This document shows positions 28,330 through 38,812 of a stretch of 64,000 bases of DNA, piece after piece. The notes below the pieces were generated by a model. The model was not told the DNA's origin. It ran no database searches and saw only the letters and a program-made list of their open reading frames with translations. Within the stretch, counting starts at the first letter, position 1, and each line of letters starts with the position of its first letter. Location: the IMG/VR virus record IMGVR_UViG_3300042891_000711, positions 1-64,000 of that record; one strand, written 5' to 3'. Made by a program: the position numbers and the translations under genes.

Positions 28330-28650
28330 ATGAACTTACAAGCTATTCACAACGAAGCATATCAAGCAGCAGTTAACGCAGAAAACGCTTACCTAGCTCA
28401 ATACGGTGAACGTGCATACTGTGGTTTTGCATGGGTTAACGTGTACGTAGATCGTACTAACTCAAAAGAAGCTAAAGGTTTAATGGATATTGGTTTTAAG
28501 AAAGACTATCGTCCTAAATGCTTAAACATGTGGAAGCCAGGTAACTACAATGGTCAAAGTATGGATGTGTTAGAAGAAGGTGCTCGTGCTTATGCAGAAG
28601 TATTAAGCAAATATGGTTTCCGTGCTTATGCTGGTTCACGTGCTGACTAG
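28330..28650 (+). CDS. conserved hypothetical phage early protein
   Basis: CGFAWV...QSMDVLEEGARAYAEVL...SRAD; AGGAG SD. Confidence 0.8.
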   Translation: MNLQAIHNEAYQAAVNAENAYLAQYGERAYCGFAWVNVYVDRTNSKEAKGLMDIGFKKDYRPKCLNMWKPGNYNGQSMDVLEEGARAYAEVLSKYGFRAYAGSRAD

Positions 28651-28651
28651 T

Positions 28652-28873
28652 ATGGAAGTTATACGAGAAGTAACTGAATGGAAGGTTGATTACCGACAGC
28701 CAAACCATGTTTACCTAATGAGTGGCGAACGGGTTATTGGCTATCAAAAATGGGGCGAAGGTCTTCCTATCTACTTCAATCACAAAGCCAAGTTCGACAA
28801 GCGCGGCCGTAAGTTTGTAAAAATTCCTTTAAAAGACAGTGTGTTTAAAGTCGTTGACATTTTAATTAAATGA
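28652..28873 (+). CDS. hypothetical protein
   Basis: ORF from ATG 28652; EVTEW..PNH.Y...FDKRGRKF. Confidence 0.65.
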   Translation: MEVIREVTEWKVDYRQPNHVYLMSGERVIGYQKWGEGLPIYFNHKAKFDKRGRKFVKIPLKDSVFKVVDILIK

Positions 28874-28888
28874 TTGTATAATAATCTT

Positions 28889-29914
28889 ATGAATACTAAA
28901 CGCATAGGCTTTGCTTGTAAGTGGATTGATAGCCCAGATCAGGTTAATGGTATCAAACCGCTAGATGATGCTAAACAGTATAACACTGGCAGTACAACAG
29001 TAGCATGGCTTAACCGCCAAACTAAGGAAGTTGCCGAAGAAAAACTATGGGACCTAATGGTAGGTAACATAGAATCAACACGTAAGTTAATTGAAAGAAT
29101 TGGAACATTAAATGGCAACCTTAGGATGGTTCGTATCAGCTCTGATATACTACCAGTATACACTCAGTCTGATTGGAGTTATTTTTGGCGCAAGCCTGAT
29201 GTCGTTGGTTATTGCGAGCAAGCCTTGGGTAAGGTGGGCGAGCTTGCTCGTATGCTTGATGTCCGCTTATCTTTTCACCCAGGTCAATTCACTGTACTTG
29301 CAAGTGATAATGACGACATTGTTCACAGAAGTATAGCAGAGTTCGAGTACCATGCGGACATGATCCGTTGGATGGGCTATGGTCAAAAGTTCCAAGACTT
29401 CAAGTGTAATGTACATATCGCAGGCCGACGTGGCGCACAAGGTATACGCGATGTGTATCCTAGACTAAGTGTCGAAGCACGTAATACTATTACTATCGAA
29501 AATGAGGAGATGAAACATGGACTTGTGGATTGCCTTGAGCTTTATGATCTTGTGCCAATTGTGCTTGATATACATCATCATTGGGTCCGAGAGGGAGAAT
29601 ATATCTCAAGTAATGACCCAAGAGTTGCGAAGGTTATTGAAAGTTGGCGTGGCGTGCGTCCTGCTTGTCATTACAGCGTATCTCGCGAAGACGTATTGGT
29701 TGGGCACGATACTAGCATTGCCCCTGACTACCAACAGCTATTAGAAAATGGTTACAAAAAAAGTAAAATGCGAGCACACAGTGACTTCTATTGGAACACT
29801 GTGGTTAACGACTGGGCATTAGAACACTTAGCCTGGGCAGATATCATGTGTGAAGCTAAGGGTAAGAATCTTGCTTCATTTGCTCTATATGATCAATGGC
29901 AAAAATCATTATAA
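28889..29914 (+). CDS. uvsE: UV damage endonuclease UvsE
   Basis: RIGFAC, RISSD, RLSFHPGQF, IENEE, LDIHHH, HSD, MCEAKGK; promoter TTGACA-17-TATAAT just upstream. Confidence 0.9.
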   Translation: MNTKRIGFACKWIDSPDQVNGIKPLDDAKQYNTGSTTVAWLNRQTKEVAEEKLWDLMVGNIESTRKLIERIGTLNGNLRMVRISSDILPVYTQSDWSYFWRKPDVVGYCEQALGKVGELARMLDVRLSFHPGQFTVLASDNDDIVHRSIAEFEYHADMIRWMGYGQKFQDFKCNVHIAGRRGAQGIRDVYPRLSVEARNTITIENEEMKHGLVDCLELYDLVPIVLDIHHHWVREGEYISSNDPRVAKVIESWRGVRPACHYSVSREDVLVGHDTSIAPDYQQLLENGYKKSKMRAHSDFYWNTVVNDWALEHLAWADIMCEAKGKNLASFALYDQWQKSL

Positions 29915-29941
29915 GTAATCTTGGCCAGTATAAGTAATTGC

Positions 29942-31186
29942 ATGGCCCAAGATTATAATAATAAATTCCCAATAAAAACCAACACTGCATGTCAGAGCAA
30001 ATGGACATGGAGCACTATATGGCTTAATAAAGGTCAGACATCGAGTTGTCATCGAGTTAATAGTGTTCCCTTAGATTCATCAAACTTTGGTAATTTTCAC
30101 AATCTTCCAAAAAAGATTAATGACCGTGAGTTAATGTTAAAAGGTGAGTGGCCCACTGGTGGTTGCGAATACTGTCGAAAAATAGAAGATGCCGGCGGTT
30201 GGAGTGACAGGCAACATAATAATGATATTGGCGGCTATACTCCTAAGGAATTAGTTGATAATCCGTTAGCCACACATGTAACACCGCGTATTGTTGAAAT
30301 ATTTGCCCGCAATACCTGTAATCTTTCCTGCATCTATTGTGCTGAAGATCTAAGTAGTCAAATACAAGCCGAAAATAAAAAATACGGATATGCCAATGGT
30401 GTACCCAAAGTACCTGTTATTAACATCGATCAAAATAATGCATATTTTGATCAATTCTTAGATTGGTTAGATAATAACATACAAGATCTGTCCAGGTTGC
30501 ATTTACTCGGTGGTGAAACATTCATACAACACGACCTTATGGAAAGTGTATTGGGTATTATCGAACGCAGGCCGAACCCCAATTTACAATTAAATATTTT
30601 TAGTAATTTCAATGCACCAGAGAAGCACTGGTATAGTTATATCAATCGTATTAAAGATTACTGTGCATCTGGAAATTTAGGTCGGTTTGATTTAACCTGT
30701 AGCATAGACTGTTGGGGGGCCCAGGCTGAGTATGTGCGCAGTGGATTAAAACTTGATGTGTTAGAAAATTATCTTGCATGGGCCGCAGAACAAAGCGAAG
30801 ATTGGTTATATTTAAATGTTAATCAGACTGTCAGTTCGATGACTATTAAAACTATGCCAGATTTAATTAAAAAAATTAATCAATACAGCAAGCATAGACA
30901 TATAGGACATTATTTTATGTTAGTCGACGGTGACCGATATCATCATCCAGACATATTCGATTATTCGTTATGGGAAGAAGATTTTGTTAATATTTTTAAT
31001 GTTATGAAAACTGAGTCTGCCGAAGATAAAGAAACTCTACAACGAATGATTGGCCTGCAAAAACGTTTACAAAATACCTGTAAAAAAGATCCTATTATAA
31101 TAGGTAAATTACACGCTTACCTAGATGAATTGGATCGCCGCCGTGGCACAGATTGGCGAGCACTGTTTCCTTATCTAATTAACTAG
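29942..31186 (+). CDS. radical SAM protein with N-terminal twitch-like Cys cluster
   Basis: ACQSKW..SSCH..CEYC, CNLSCIYC, GGE. Confidence 0.88.
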   Translation: MAQDYNNKFPIKTNTACQSKWTWSTIWLNKGQTSSCHRVNSVPLDSSNFGNFHNLPKKINDRELMLKGEWPTGGCEYCRKIEDAGGWSDRQHNNDIGGYTPKELVDNPLATHVTPRIVEIFARNTCNLSCIYCAEDLSSQIQAENKKYGYANGVPKVPVINIDQNNAYFDQFLDWLDNNIQDLSRLHLLGGETFIQHDLMESVLGIIERRPNPNLQLNIFSNFNAPEKHWYSYINRIKDYCASGNLGRFDLTCSIDCWGAQAEYVRSGLKLDVLENYLAWAAEQSEDWLYLNVNQTVSSMTIKTMPDLIKKINQYSKHRHIGHYFMLVDGDRYHHPDIFDYSLWEEDFVNIFNVMKTESAEDKETLQRMIGLQKRLQNTCKKDPIIIGKLHAYLDELDRRRGTDWRALFPYLIN

Positions 31187-32296
31187 GGTTTTAAAGATAT
31201 TATCATAGGCTATGGCTTGATCGTTATAGCCTATTTCCTTGAATAGCGACTGACAATTAGCCAGTAGTTCACGATTAATAATATGTTTGAACTCACCGTA
31301 GAAGTGATGGAAATTGTACTCTACGATTGGCGCTATGGCCTCTATAACACGTTGTTTTTCTTCTGCACTTAACGCACAATACCAGGCAATCTGCGCAACA
31401 ACAGCTTCTGTACGTAGATCGTTATCTATAATAGTATCGTAGCTTTCATCTATAATGCCTTCAAAGGTTTTAAAACCATATGATTTTAAATAGGCTAAGT
31501 TACCTGGTGCAGCCAGCAACATAAATGGTTGCTTCATTACAATAGGTTTAAATATCTTTTCTGTTAGATGTAGTTTGTCGTAGTAGAACACTGTTTCTGT
31601 AACTATGTGCCAAAAGCTATCGTTTGTGCATCGTGGGATATCTGCACTAGCACTGCCTAATATATGCTCGTTGTCAATGATTAATGGTGTACTAGGTAGG
31701 TGTAGTTTAATATGGTCAATGGCTCGTTGCGATAACTTTGTATTAACATTTGTAATTTCTTCTTGCCACGGGGCCTGTTCGGTGTCTAATCCAAAACTAA
31801 TTTGTCCGTGCTCTAATAGTAATTCTTCAGCTAGCTTACTAACAAAATAACAACGATAACTACGATCATTTGATACTAGACGATTAAATGTTATATAATC
31901 GTACTTGTAGTCCTTAACCACTTGTTTGTTATAATTTAATGCATAAAATCCTCGATACCAATCAAGCGCGGCAAAACCATGAAAGAAATAATATAACAAA
32001 TTATAATTATGCGTGGAAATTATCTTATCTATTAATGGAGATTTTTCGCTAACAACAAAAGTAATTGTATCTAAAATTTCTAATTTTAATTCTTTAATAA
32101 ATGCCTGCATATTTGTTTCTAATATTGGTTCCTGATCATAGAAAAAAATAGCAGATACGGTATCGATATTAAATACATATAAGTCGGTTAGTGCTCCTAT
32201 TTTAGCAGGTACCACTCCGCCAGGCAATGCAAGTATTGTTTGATCTTTAAAGATAGTAGAATGAAAAAATTCGTAAACATGATCAATTTGGAGCAT
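31175..32296 (-). CDS. putative glycosyltransferase-like protein (GT10-like TEK motif)
   Basis: IVTET...LTEKIFKPI..KQPF...GFKTF..IIDESYD; paralog of 59923-60936. Confidence 0.55.
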   Translation of the reverse strand: MLQIDHVYEFFHSTIFKDQTILALPGGVVPAKIGALTDLYVFNIDTVSAIFFYDQEPILETNMQAFIKELKLEILDTITFVVSEKSPLIDKIISTHNYNLLYYFFHGFAALDWYRGFYALNYNKQVVKDYKYDYITFNRLVSNDRSYRCYFVSKLAEELLLEHGQISFGLDTEQAPWQEEITNVNTKLSQRAIDHIKLHLPSTPLIIDNEHILGSASADIPRCTNDSFWHIVTETVFYYDKLHLTEKIFKPIVMKQPFMLLAAPGNLAYLKSYGFKTFEGIIDESYDTIIDNDLRTEAVVAQIAWYCALSAEEKQRVIEAIAPIVEYNFHHFYGEFKHIINRELLANCQSLFKEIGYNDQAIAYDNIFKTLVN

Positions 32297-32299
32297 TAA

Positions 32300-33544
32300 A
32301 TGTCGTCTCAATTAAAAACAGTAGGATTCGTTGGAATCGGTAAATTAGGTCTTGCGTGTGCGGAAGTAATGGCACAATCATATGCGGTCACTGGCTATGA
32401 TATTTACCCACGTACCAGTGATAAGATAGCAATATCTGATACATTAGAAGGAGCAGTAAAGGGTAAAGATGTTATCTTTGTTGCTGTACAAACACCACAC
32501 GATCCAATCTATGATGGTTCACAACCAATTACACACTTACCAAACAAAGACTTTGATTACACAATTGTAAATCAAGTGTTGGCAGATATTAATCAATATG
32601 TTACACCGGATCAACTTGTAGTGTTAATCAGTACAGTACTGCCTGGCACAACACGTAGAGAACTACGCAAACATATTACCAACGCACGTTTCATCTATAA
32701 CCCATACTTAATTGCTATGGGCAGTGTGGCATGGGATATGGTTAACCCTGACATGATTATTATCGGTACAGAAGATGGTAGTGTAACAGGTGATGCTAAG
32801 TTGCTTACAGACTTTTACGCACCACTAATGCAGAACAATCCGCATACAGCAATTGGTACCTGGGACGAAGCAGAAGCAATTAAAATCTTCTATAATACAT
32901 TTATTTCAACTAAAGTTGGCTTGGTAAACATGATACAAGATGTTGCAGTAAAGAGTGGTAACATTAATGTTGATGTAGTAACTGACGCATTATGTGCGTC
33001 GACTATGCGTATTATTAGTACCAAGTATATGACAGCGGGTATGGGTGATGCCGGGCCGTGTCACCCACGTGATAACATTGCGCTACGTTGGCTGGCTGAA
33101 AATTTAGACCTGGGCTACGATATTTTTAATACAGTTATGCATGCCCGTGAGATACAAGCAAAGAATCTTGCCAAATATCTTAATGATTTACAAGACCTAA
33201 CTGATTTACCTATAGTTATACACGGAAAAGCCTACAAGCCAGATGTGGACCTATTAGATGGTAGTTACAGCCTTTTAATTGGTAGTTATCTAACTGAAAT
33301 GGGTGCAAAATATGTTTATTCTGACCCGTTAACAGGTGATGTTGTTGTTGACGGAACAACTGCTATTGTACTACTGGCACATAATAGACAAATCACCTAC
33401 GGTTACACAGGCACATTTCCAGAGCAACAACTGTATTATAAACTTGGATTAAGCAGTATTGTAGTCGACCCGTGGCGAAAATTTACAACAGATACATCAT
33501 CAATTAAAGTAATACATTATGGTAACACCCGTGGACAAGTTTAA
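32300..33544 (+). CDS. UDP-glucose/GDP-mannose dehydrogenase family
   Basis: GFVGIGKLG, VAVQTP, ISTVLPGT, EAIK, GPCHPRD, GKAYKPD. Confidence 0.9.
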   Translation: MSSQLKTVGFVGIGKLGLACAEVMAQSYAVTGYDIYPRTSDKIAISDTLEGAVKGKDVIFVAVQTPHDPIYDGSQPITHLPNKDFDYTIVNQVLADINQYVTPDQLVVLISTVLPGTTRRELRKHITNARFIYNPYLIAMGSVAWDMVNPDMIIIGTEDGSVTGDAKLLTDFYAPLMQNNPHTAIGTWDEAEAIKIFYNTFISTKVGLVNMIQDVAVKSGNINVDVVTDALCASTMRIISTKYMTAGMGDAGPCHPRDNIALRWLAENLDLGYDIFNTVMHAREIQAKNLAKYLNDLQDLTDLPIVIHGKAYKPDVDLLDGSYSLLIGSYLTEMGAKYVYSDPLTGDVVVDGTTAIVLLAHNRQITYGYTGTFPEQQLYYKLGLSSIVVDPWRKFTTDTSSIKVIHYGNTRGQV

Positions 33545-34034
33545 TATTGAACCATTTTGGGATGATAGTTTTAAACAACTCGACTATTCAGTAGAAGCAT
33601 TTAACAATCCTAACGACACAGCACAATGGATGGAACAAGGCTACCCTGGTAAGTTCACTGGTGCTATGTGCGATATGCGTAAGCCTCAACCCGTTTGGAA
33701 TGCTATGTTTGTTAAATACTTTAATCGTCTTGGATGGAAGGATGTGGGCACTAGTTATTATCGAATGAGCAGTGGTACTATACTACCAGTTCATCGAGAT
33801 ACATATAAAAGATATATAGAACTATTTGACCTTAACGGGCAAGAACATACTATACATCGTGCTATAGTATTCTTGGAACCCTGGGCCAGCGGCCATTATT
33901 TAGAAGTTAATAATGAACCATTTATTAAATGGTCAGTTGGTGATGTAGTAACGTGGTGTTACGATGCACCACACATGGCGGCCAACATGGGATTGACTCC
34001 TAGATACACATTACAAATAACAGGACACGTATGA
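33519..34034 (+). CDS. Fe(II)/2OG oxygenase-like cupin
   Basis: LPVHRD...PHMAAN...RYTLQITG (HxD...H). Confidence 0.7.
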   Translation: MVTPVDKFNIEPFWDDSFKQLDYSVEAFNNPNDTAQWMEQGYPGKFTGAMCDMRKPQPVWNAMFVKYFNRLGWKDVGTSYYRMSSGTILPVHRDTYKRYIELFDLNGQEHTIHRAIVFLEPWASGHYLEVNNEPFIKWSVGDVVTWCYDAPHMAANMGLTPRYTLQITGHV

Positions 34035-34945
34035 AATTAAGCACGAGCAATGAGTGGGGAAAATTAAAGAGTATTATAGTTGGGTCAGCGACACATGCTA
34101 ACTGGCCCAATACCGATCCGGTATTCTCACAGGAACATCTAAAGACAGCCTGGCATGAAACACCAGTGCCTAGTGGCGCAGTGCCGCAATGGATTGTAGA
34201 TGAAGCAAATGAAGATTTAGATGAACTTGCTGGAGTATTAACTAAGTTGGGCATAGAAGTATTCCGTCCACGTGAAATAAACTTTGTTGAACGTGGGGGT
34301 ATGTATAATTACTGTCCACGTGATAGACTATTACTATCAGGAGATTGTGTAATTGATCCAGCTATGATGTATCCGTGTCGTGACCAAGAAATTGAAGCAT
34401 TAGATTTCGTAATGGATGCTGCACGTACAATCTGCCCAATGCCACGCGATCAAGGTTATGTTATGGATGCTGCTAACGTATGCAGACTTGGTGACACTTG
34501 GTTATACCTACTCAGCGACAGTGGAAATCAATTAGCATTAGATTGGTTACGTAAAAAATTACCACACATTAACATAGAAGCATGTAACTTTTATAATGGA
34601 GTGCATATAGACAGTACGATTGTTCCGTTGCGTGAAGGATTTGTTGTACTTAATGCCAGCAGGGTAACACCGGATAATTGCCCTCGAGCCTTTGATGGTT
34701 GGACTAAACTTTGGGTTACTGATGTAGAAGCACAAACATTTCATGAATATCCTTATGCTAGTAAATGGATTGGTTTGAATATGTTGAGCATAGATCCTAA
34801 TACAGTAATTGTTGACCGAGCACAGTATAGACTTATAGAAGACTTGGAACGTGCTGGTTTTGTAACAATTCCGTTACAATTACGACATAGCAGAACACTT
34901 GGCGGTGGATTCCACTGTGTAACACTTGATTTAGTTAGAGATTAG
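34031..34945 (+). CDS. amidinotransferase (glycine/inosamine-phosphate amidinotransferase family)
   Basis: NEWGKLKSIIVG, CPRD, DAAN, HIDST, GGGFHCVTLD (Cys-His-Asp triad). Confidence 0.9.
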   Translation: MKLSTSNEWGKLKSIIVGSATHANWPNTDPVFSQEHLKTAWHETPVPSGAVPQWIVDEANEDLDELAGVLTKLGIEVFRPREINFVERGGMYNYCPRDRLLLSGDCVIDPAMMYPCRDQEIEALDFVMDAARTICPMPRDQGYVMDAANVCRLGDTWLYLLSDSGNQLALDWLRKKLPHINIEACNFYNGVHIDSTIVPLREGFVVLNASRVTPDNCPRAFDGWTKLWVTDVEAQTFHEYPYASKWIGLNMLSIDPNTVIVDRAQYRLIEDLERAGFVTIPLQLRHSRTLGGGFHCVTLDLVRD

Positions 34946-35006
34946 CACAGTCTGTTAATGTGTTTAATTAAGATTTAACTAAATATTTGTAACATTTGGA
35001 TATATC

Positions 35007-35738
35007 ATGACCAATAGCTTCGCAAGCTACACCCAGGCATCACTTAATGCTTTACAATTTAATCTTAAAAGTCAAGATGCGATTAATAAAAAGCAAGAGA
35101 TATTAACCGGTATTGCAGCCTATTATAAATCTAATCCCACAAGTATATTATTTGTTGGGTTCAGTCCATTGATGTTAGGTGTAACTTATAAACAGATATT
35201 TGTCACCAACATAACCGCTGAAACAAAAAATTATCTCGATGCTAGCGACATTAAATACACATATATAGATACAAAGGATTTACCAGGATATAAGAAACAA
35301 TTCTCCTGGGTAGTGGCAGGTGATGAATATTTTACCTTTGCCCGCACTGAAGAAGAGCAACAGACCAGTGTGGAAATAATTGCCAGTCTAGCTAAAGATT
35401 TGATAGTCACAACATTACGTGATTATAAAAATCAAAACTTTAAAGACCGTGAGTTTAGTCAACCACAGGCAGTTTATAATCACAGTGACAGTATGGTATT
35501 TTTAGAATATCACAAGTATGAGTATTCAGATAAGAATGCTTGGGCAACGACGGTATACGAAATGCAGGATGCCAATACAAAGTCATATGGTCCGTTTAGT
35601 CGTCGTGCAATGTTTTTTAAACAGTTGGCAAAGTTTAGTATCGATGCTGGTGCTCGACAATTTTATGTACACAAGGATTTAATGTACAAAAGTCTCATAC
35701 GTAGAAACTATGAGCATGTAATATCAATTTCAATTTAA
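35007..35738 (+). CDS. hypothetical protein, possibly degenerate methyltransferase fold
   Basis: intact ORF; SILFVG followed by an alpha/beta pattern. Confidence 0.5.
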   Translation: MTNSFASYTQASLNALQFNLKSQDAINKKQEILTGIAAYYKSNPTSILFVGFSPLMLGVTYKQIFVTNITAETKNYLDASDIKYTYIDTKDLPGYKKQFSWVVAGDEYFTFARTEEEQQTSVEIIASLAKDLIVTTLRDYKNQNFKDREFSQPQAVYNHSDSMVFLEYHKYEYSDKNAWATTVYEMQDANTKSYGPFSRRAMFFKQLAKFSIDAGARQFYVHKDLMYKSLIRRNYEHVISISI

Positions 35739-35756
35739 AGTTTTTCAAGTGAGTAT

Positions 35757-37025
35757 ATGGATATCAATGAACAATTACAGCCCATTGTCGCCGGGCTAAT
35801 AGACAATCTCAAAGTATCAATTGAGCAAGAACTACATGACAAAGTCAGTGCCGAAGTAATTAAGAAAATTGCCAGTACTGAACTTGATGCAGTAGTTGAT
35901 AGTTTGGTCAAAAAACAAATTGGCGATCGTCTTGACAAATTTAATTTTGCTGATACTAGTAGAGAACAGTTAACTGCGCAGATTGCAAAGATTACAACTG
36001 ATGTTAATAAAACTGTAATTGACAAAGCCAACGTACAGATCACACAAGAAATAAAAAAACAATTAGCCACAATTGATCTTAATTTAATAGTTAACGAAAT
36101 CGTTAAGTCTAAATTACTCGAGCTGATTAAACTACATAATTTTCCAGAGAGAAGTATTGCGCACACTGCTATAAATTTCCAAGGGCTTGGACTATCCGGT
36201 GATGCAATTAACGGTGGTATTATCGAGAACTTTGGCAGTACGGGTATAGAAGACCGCGCTAGTTTTGTACAGCTTACACTCATGGATCACGCCTGTGCAT
36301 TTGAAGGGCCTGTATTTGCACCTAGTGCAAAGATTACAGGTGACTTAACAGTAGATGGCGCACTAACACTCAATGGCACAGTATCAGAAACAAGCCCTGG
36401 ATTTGCACAGTTAGTCGATGCCGCTGGCAGTGCTGTTATTGGTAAACTTGATGCACAGTTGTTCACGGGATTCAGTGATATAGTATTTGGTAGAATACAG
36501 GAAACTGGAATTGACCTAGACAAGATTACCCAAGGCGGTAAGGAAATTGTCAAGGGATCGCAACTAGGCTATCACATTGTCGACAGTAACCTGCAACGTG
36601 TGGGAGTGGTCAAAGATCTTCAGACATCGGGTGAGAACTTACTAAGCGATACACTGTACGTTACACAGCGTAGAGTTGGAGTTAATACTATAGATCCAAG
36701 TGCTGTGTTTGCAGTATGGGATGAAGAAGTTGAACTTATTGTAGCTAAACGTAAAACAGATGTTGCTTATATTGCAACACCACGTAAGCAACAACTAGTA
36801 CTCGGTAGTAACGGCAAAGAAAATATTGTACTTGATACCGATGGTAGTGCGCATATAGAGAACTTAGTAGTGGGCCGTGTTGCAATGACATCGGCCACCG
36901 CAGTGCCAAACTATGCCGGAGAAATGGCACAGATTGTCTATAATGAATTGCCTGCACCAGGTAGTCCTATTGGGTGGGTATGTATTGGCGGATCACGATG
37001 GGCTAAGTTTGGAATGATTGAATAA
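35757..37025 (+). CDS. hypothetical protein (helical N-terminus, beta-rich virion-like C-terminus)
   Basis: long ORF; RVGVNTIDP and PIGWVCIGG motifs typical of fibre proteins. Confidence 0.6.
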   Translation: MDINEQLQPIVAGLIDNLKVSIEQELHDKVSAEVIKKIASTELDAVVDSLVKKQIGDRLDKFNFADTSREQLTAQIAKITTDVNKTVIDKANVQITQEIKKQLATIDLNLIVNEIVKSKLLELIKLHNFPERSIAHTAINFQGLGLSGDAINGGIIENFGSTGIEDRASFVQLTLMDHACAFEGPVFAPSAKITGDLTVDGALTLNGTVSETSPGFAQLVDAAGSAVIGKLDAQLFTGFSDIVFGRIQETGIDLDKITQGGKEIVKGSQLGYHIVDSNLQRVGVVKDLQTSGENLLSDTLYVTQRRVGVNTIDPSAVFAVWDEEVELIVAKRKTDVAYIATPRKQQLVLGSNGKENIVLDTDGSAHIENLVVGRVAMTSATAVPNYAGEMAQIVYNELPAPGSPIGWVCIGGSRWAKFGMIE

Positions 37026-37034
37026 TTAAATAAC

Positions 37035-37637
37035 ATGAATATTGCTATTACTGGGCATGCATCGGGGATAGGCCATGGCTTGTATAATTTCTACAAAAAT
37101 GAAAACTGTACAGGATTTGATTTAACCAATGGATATAATATCAATACTGATATTGATGATATATTAATTAAAAGTCGACACTGTAATATTTTCATCAATA
37201 ATGCTTATAGTAAAAATAAACAAACCGAGCTAGCCATAGCATGGCATAAAATGCATGCAGATGATGATTATTTATTAGTGAACATCAGCAGTACATTTGT
37301 TAATCTGTCCAAAGATGCCCAATTTAAAATAAAATCACCGTGTTTAATGGAATATATTAAATACAAAACAAAATTAAATCAAGCCTCTGAGTTTATTAAC
37401 ATTAGCAATAATAAATGTCGGAGTGTTACAGTCTTAGTTGGATTAACTGATACTCAATTTATCAATAGTTGGGCTACTCAATTTACACCATACGAGTTGG
37501 AGTATTTTACTAAGTTAATTGCAGAATGTAGTCTATTAGAAATTGCCGATGTAGTTGATACTGTGGATTTTGTCATACGGTCTAATAACAATCGAAAGTT
37601 TATATCAAATATATCCTTATCGAATAAAATAGGTTGA
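37035..37637 (+). CDS. short-chain dehydrogenase/reductase
   Basis: IAITGHASGIG, FINNA, NISS, YIKYK (YxxxK). Confidence 0.85.
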   Translation: MNIAITGHASGIGHGLYNFYKNENCTGFDLTNGYNINTDIDDILIKSRHCNIFINNAYSKNKQTELAIAWHKMHADDDYLLVNISSTFVNLSKDAQFKIKSPCLMEYIKYKTKLNQASEFINISNNKCRSVTVLVGLTDTQFINSWATQFTPYELEYFTKLIAECSLLEIADVVDTVDFVIRSNNNRKFISNISLSNKIG

Positions 37638-37695
37638 CAAATACAAATAATTAGCGTATAATACTTACACTATAAAGTTAATAAGGAAATGACAA

Positions 37696-37935
37696 ATGGT
37701 TACCGATGAGTTTCAATACAATAATGAAGAAGAAGCAGAAATGGGTCAGCTTCATGCTATTCATAATAACATGAATCACATTGCCGCGGTACAACGTGAA
37801 TTAGCTAAACAAGCAGCACAACCAAGCCTTGAGCACTGTGAAGAATGTGGCGATGAAATTCCACGAGCACGACAACTTGCCATACCTGGTGTTAGGCTTT
37901 GTGTTTTTTGTAAAGAACGTGCTGAACGACATTAA
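37696..37935 (+). CDS. DksA/TraR C4 zinc-finger protein
   Basis: CEECGDEIPRARQLAIPGVRLCVFC; own sigma70 promoter. Confidence 0.9.
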   Translation: MVTDEFQYNNEEEAEMGQLHAIHNNMNHIAAVQRELAKQAAQPSLEHCEECGDEIPRARQLAIPGVRLCVFCKERAERH

Positions 37936-38804
37936 TGTTAACAATCGAATACGCTGATCCTTGCAATCTTTCCGATACAGTAACTCTACGGTATAAATTA
38001 AGAGATCATGCCGTAACTAAAAAGTGGATCGAACGATTACTGCTGGCACAGCATCAATATTCAATTGACGCTCCTACTAGATTTTATGGATTTGGTTCTA
38101 TAGAAGATCAAACAGCAGATGCTATTAATCGAATTAACCAATGTATTGCACAGATTAATGCGCATGAACCTATTATCAACAGAATCCTGTCTGACATCAC
38201 AGATCAGGATACATTAAATTATCTACATAATATCTTTGAAGTATATCACGGTTTATTGGATCAACAAACTCATAAGGTATGGCAAGGTGCGCCGCAAGAA
38301 ATTAGACTAGCACTGGCAGATTTAAACTTACTTGTCCATCGCTGTGAAAGTGTACAAAGGGGAGCGCAACCTCGCCATGTAGTAACCTATTACGGGTTAC
38401 CTAAAACAGAACTATTGGCTATAGAAGATTATACATTGTTTGAACCAACTGTACAGTTTGGTACAGTGTATTTGAACTATGCTGAAATTGGCAAAACTTT
38501 GGATGACTTAGCTGTGGATAATGATAGCTATATTGCAGATGCTGCATTCCAACCATACAGACATTATAGTGCAGATTTTAATGTTAAGTTTTATTCAACG
38601 GATCGTAGACAAGCGGATGAACAATCTGCTATAATAAAACAGTATTACGATTTGCATAGTAAGTTCTTTGAAAATCGTAACTTGCCCTGGGGTCATCCGT
38701 ATTTAAATAGTGGAGCAATACCCTTGGCAGATTTAATTAACGCAACCAATGTAATAGAACAATTAACCACTAGACAATATGTCAAATCAGTAACTTTAAT
38801 TTAA
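37935..38804 (+). CDS. hypothetical protein
   Basis: intact 289-aa ORF, translationally coupled. Confidence 0.7.
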   Translation: MLTIEYADPCNLSDTVTLRYKLRDHAVTKKWIERLLLAQHQYSIDAPTRFYGFGSIEDQTADAINRINQCIAQINAHEPIINRILSDITDQDTLNYLHNIFEVYHGLLDQQTHKVWQGAPQEIRLALADLNLLVHRCESVQRGAQPRHVVTYYGLPKTELLAIEDYTLFEPTVQFGTVYLNYAEIGKTLDDLAVDNDSYIADAAFQPYRHYSADFNVKFYSTDRRQADEQSAIIKQYYDLHSKFFENRNLPWGHPYLNSGAIPLADLINATNVIEQLTTRQYVKSVTLI

Positions 38805-38812
38805 GGAATCAC

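Noticed and set aside
35735-36283. Long antisense ORFs, also at 15851, 19927, 45508, 46006, 47083 and 51986
   Set aside because: They are shadows of well-supported + strand genes, with no motifs or SD.
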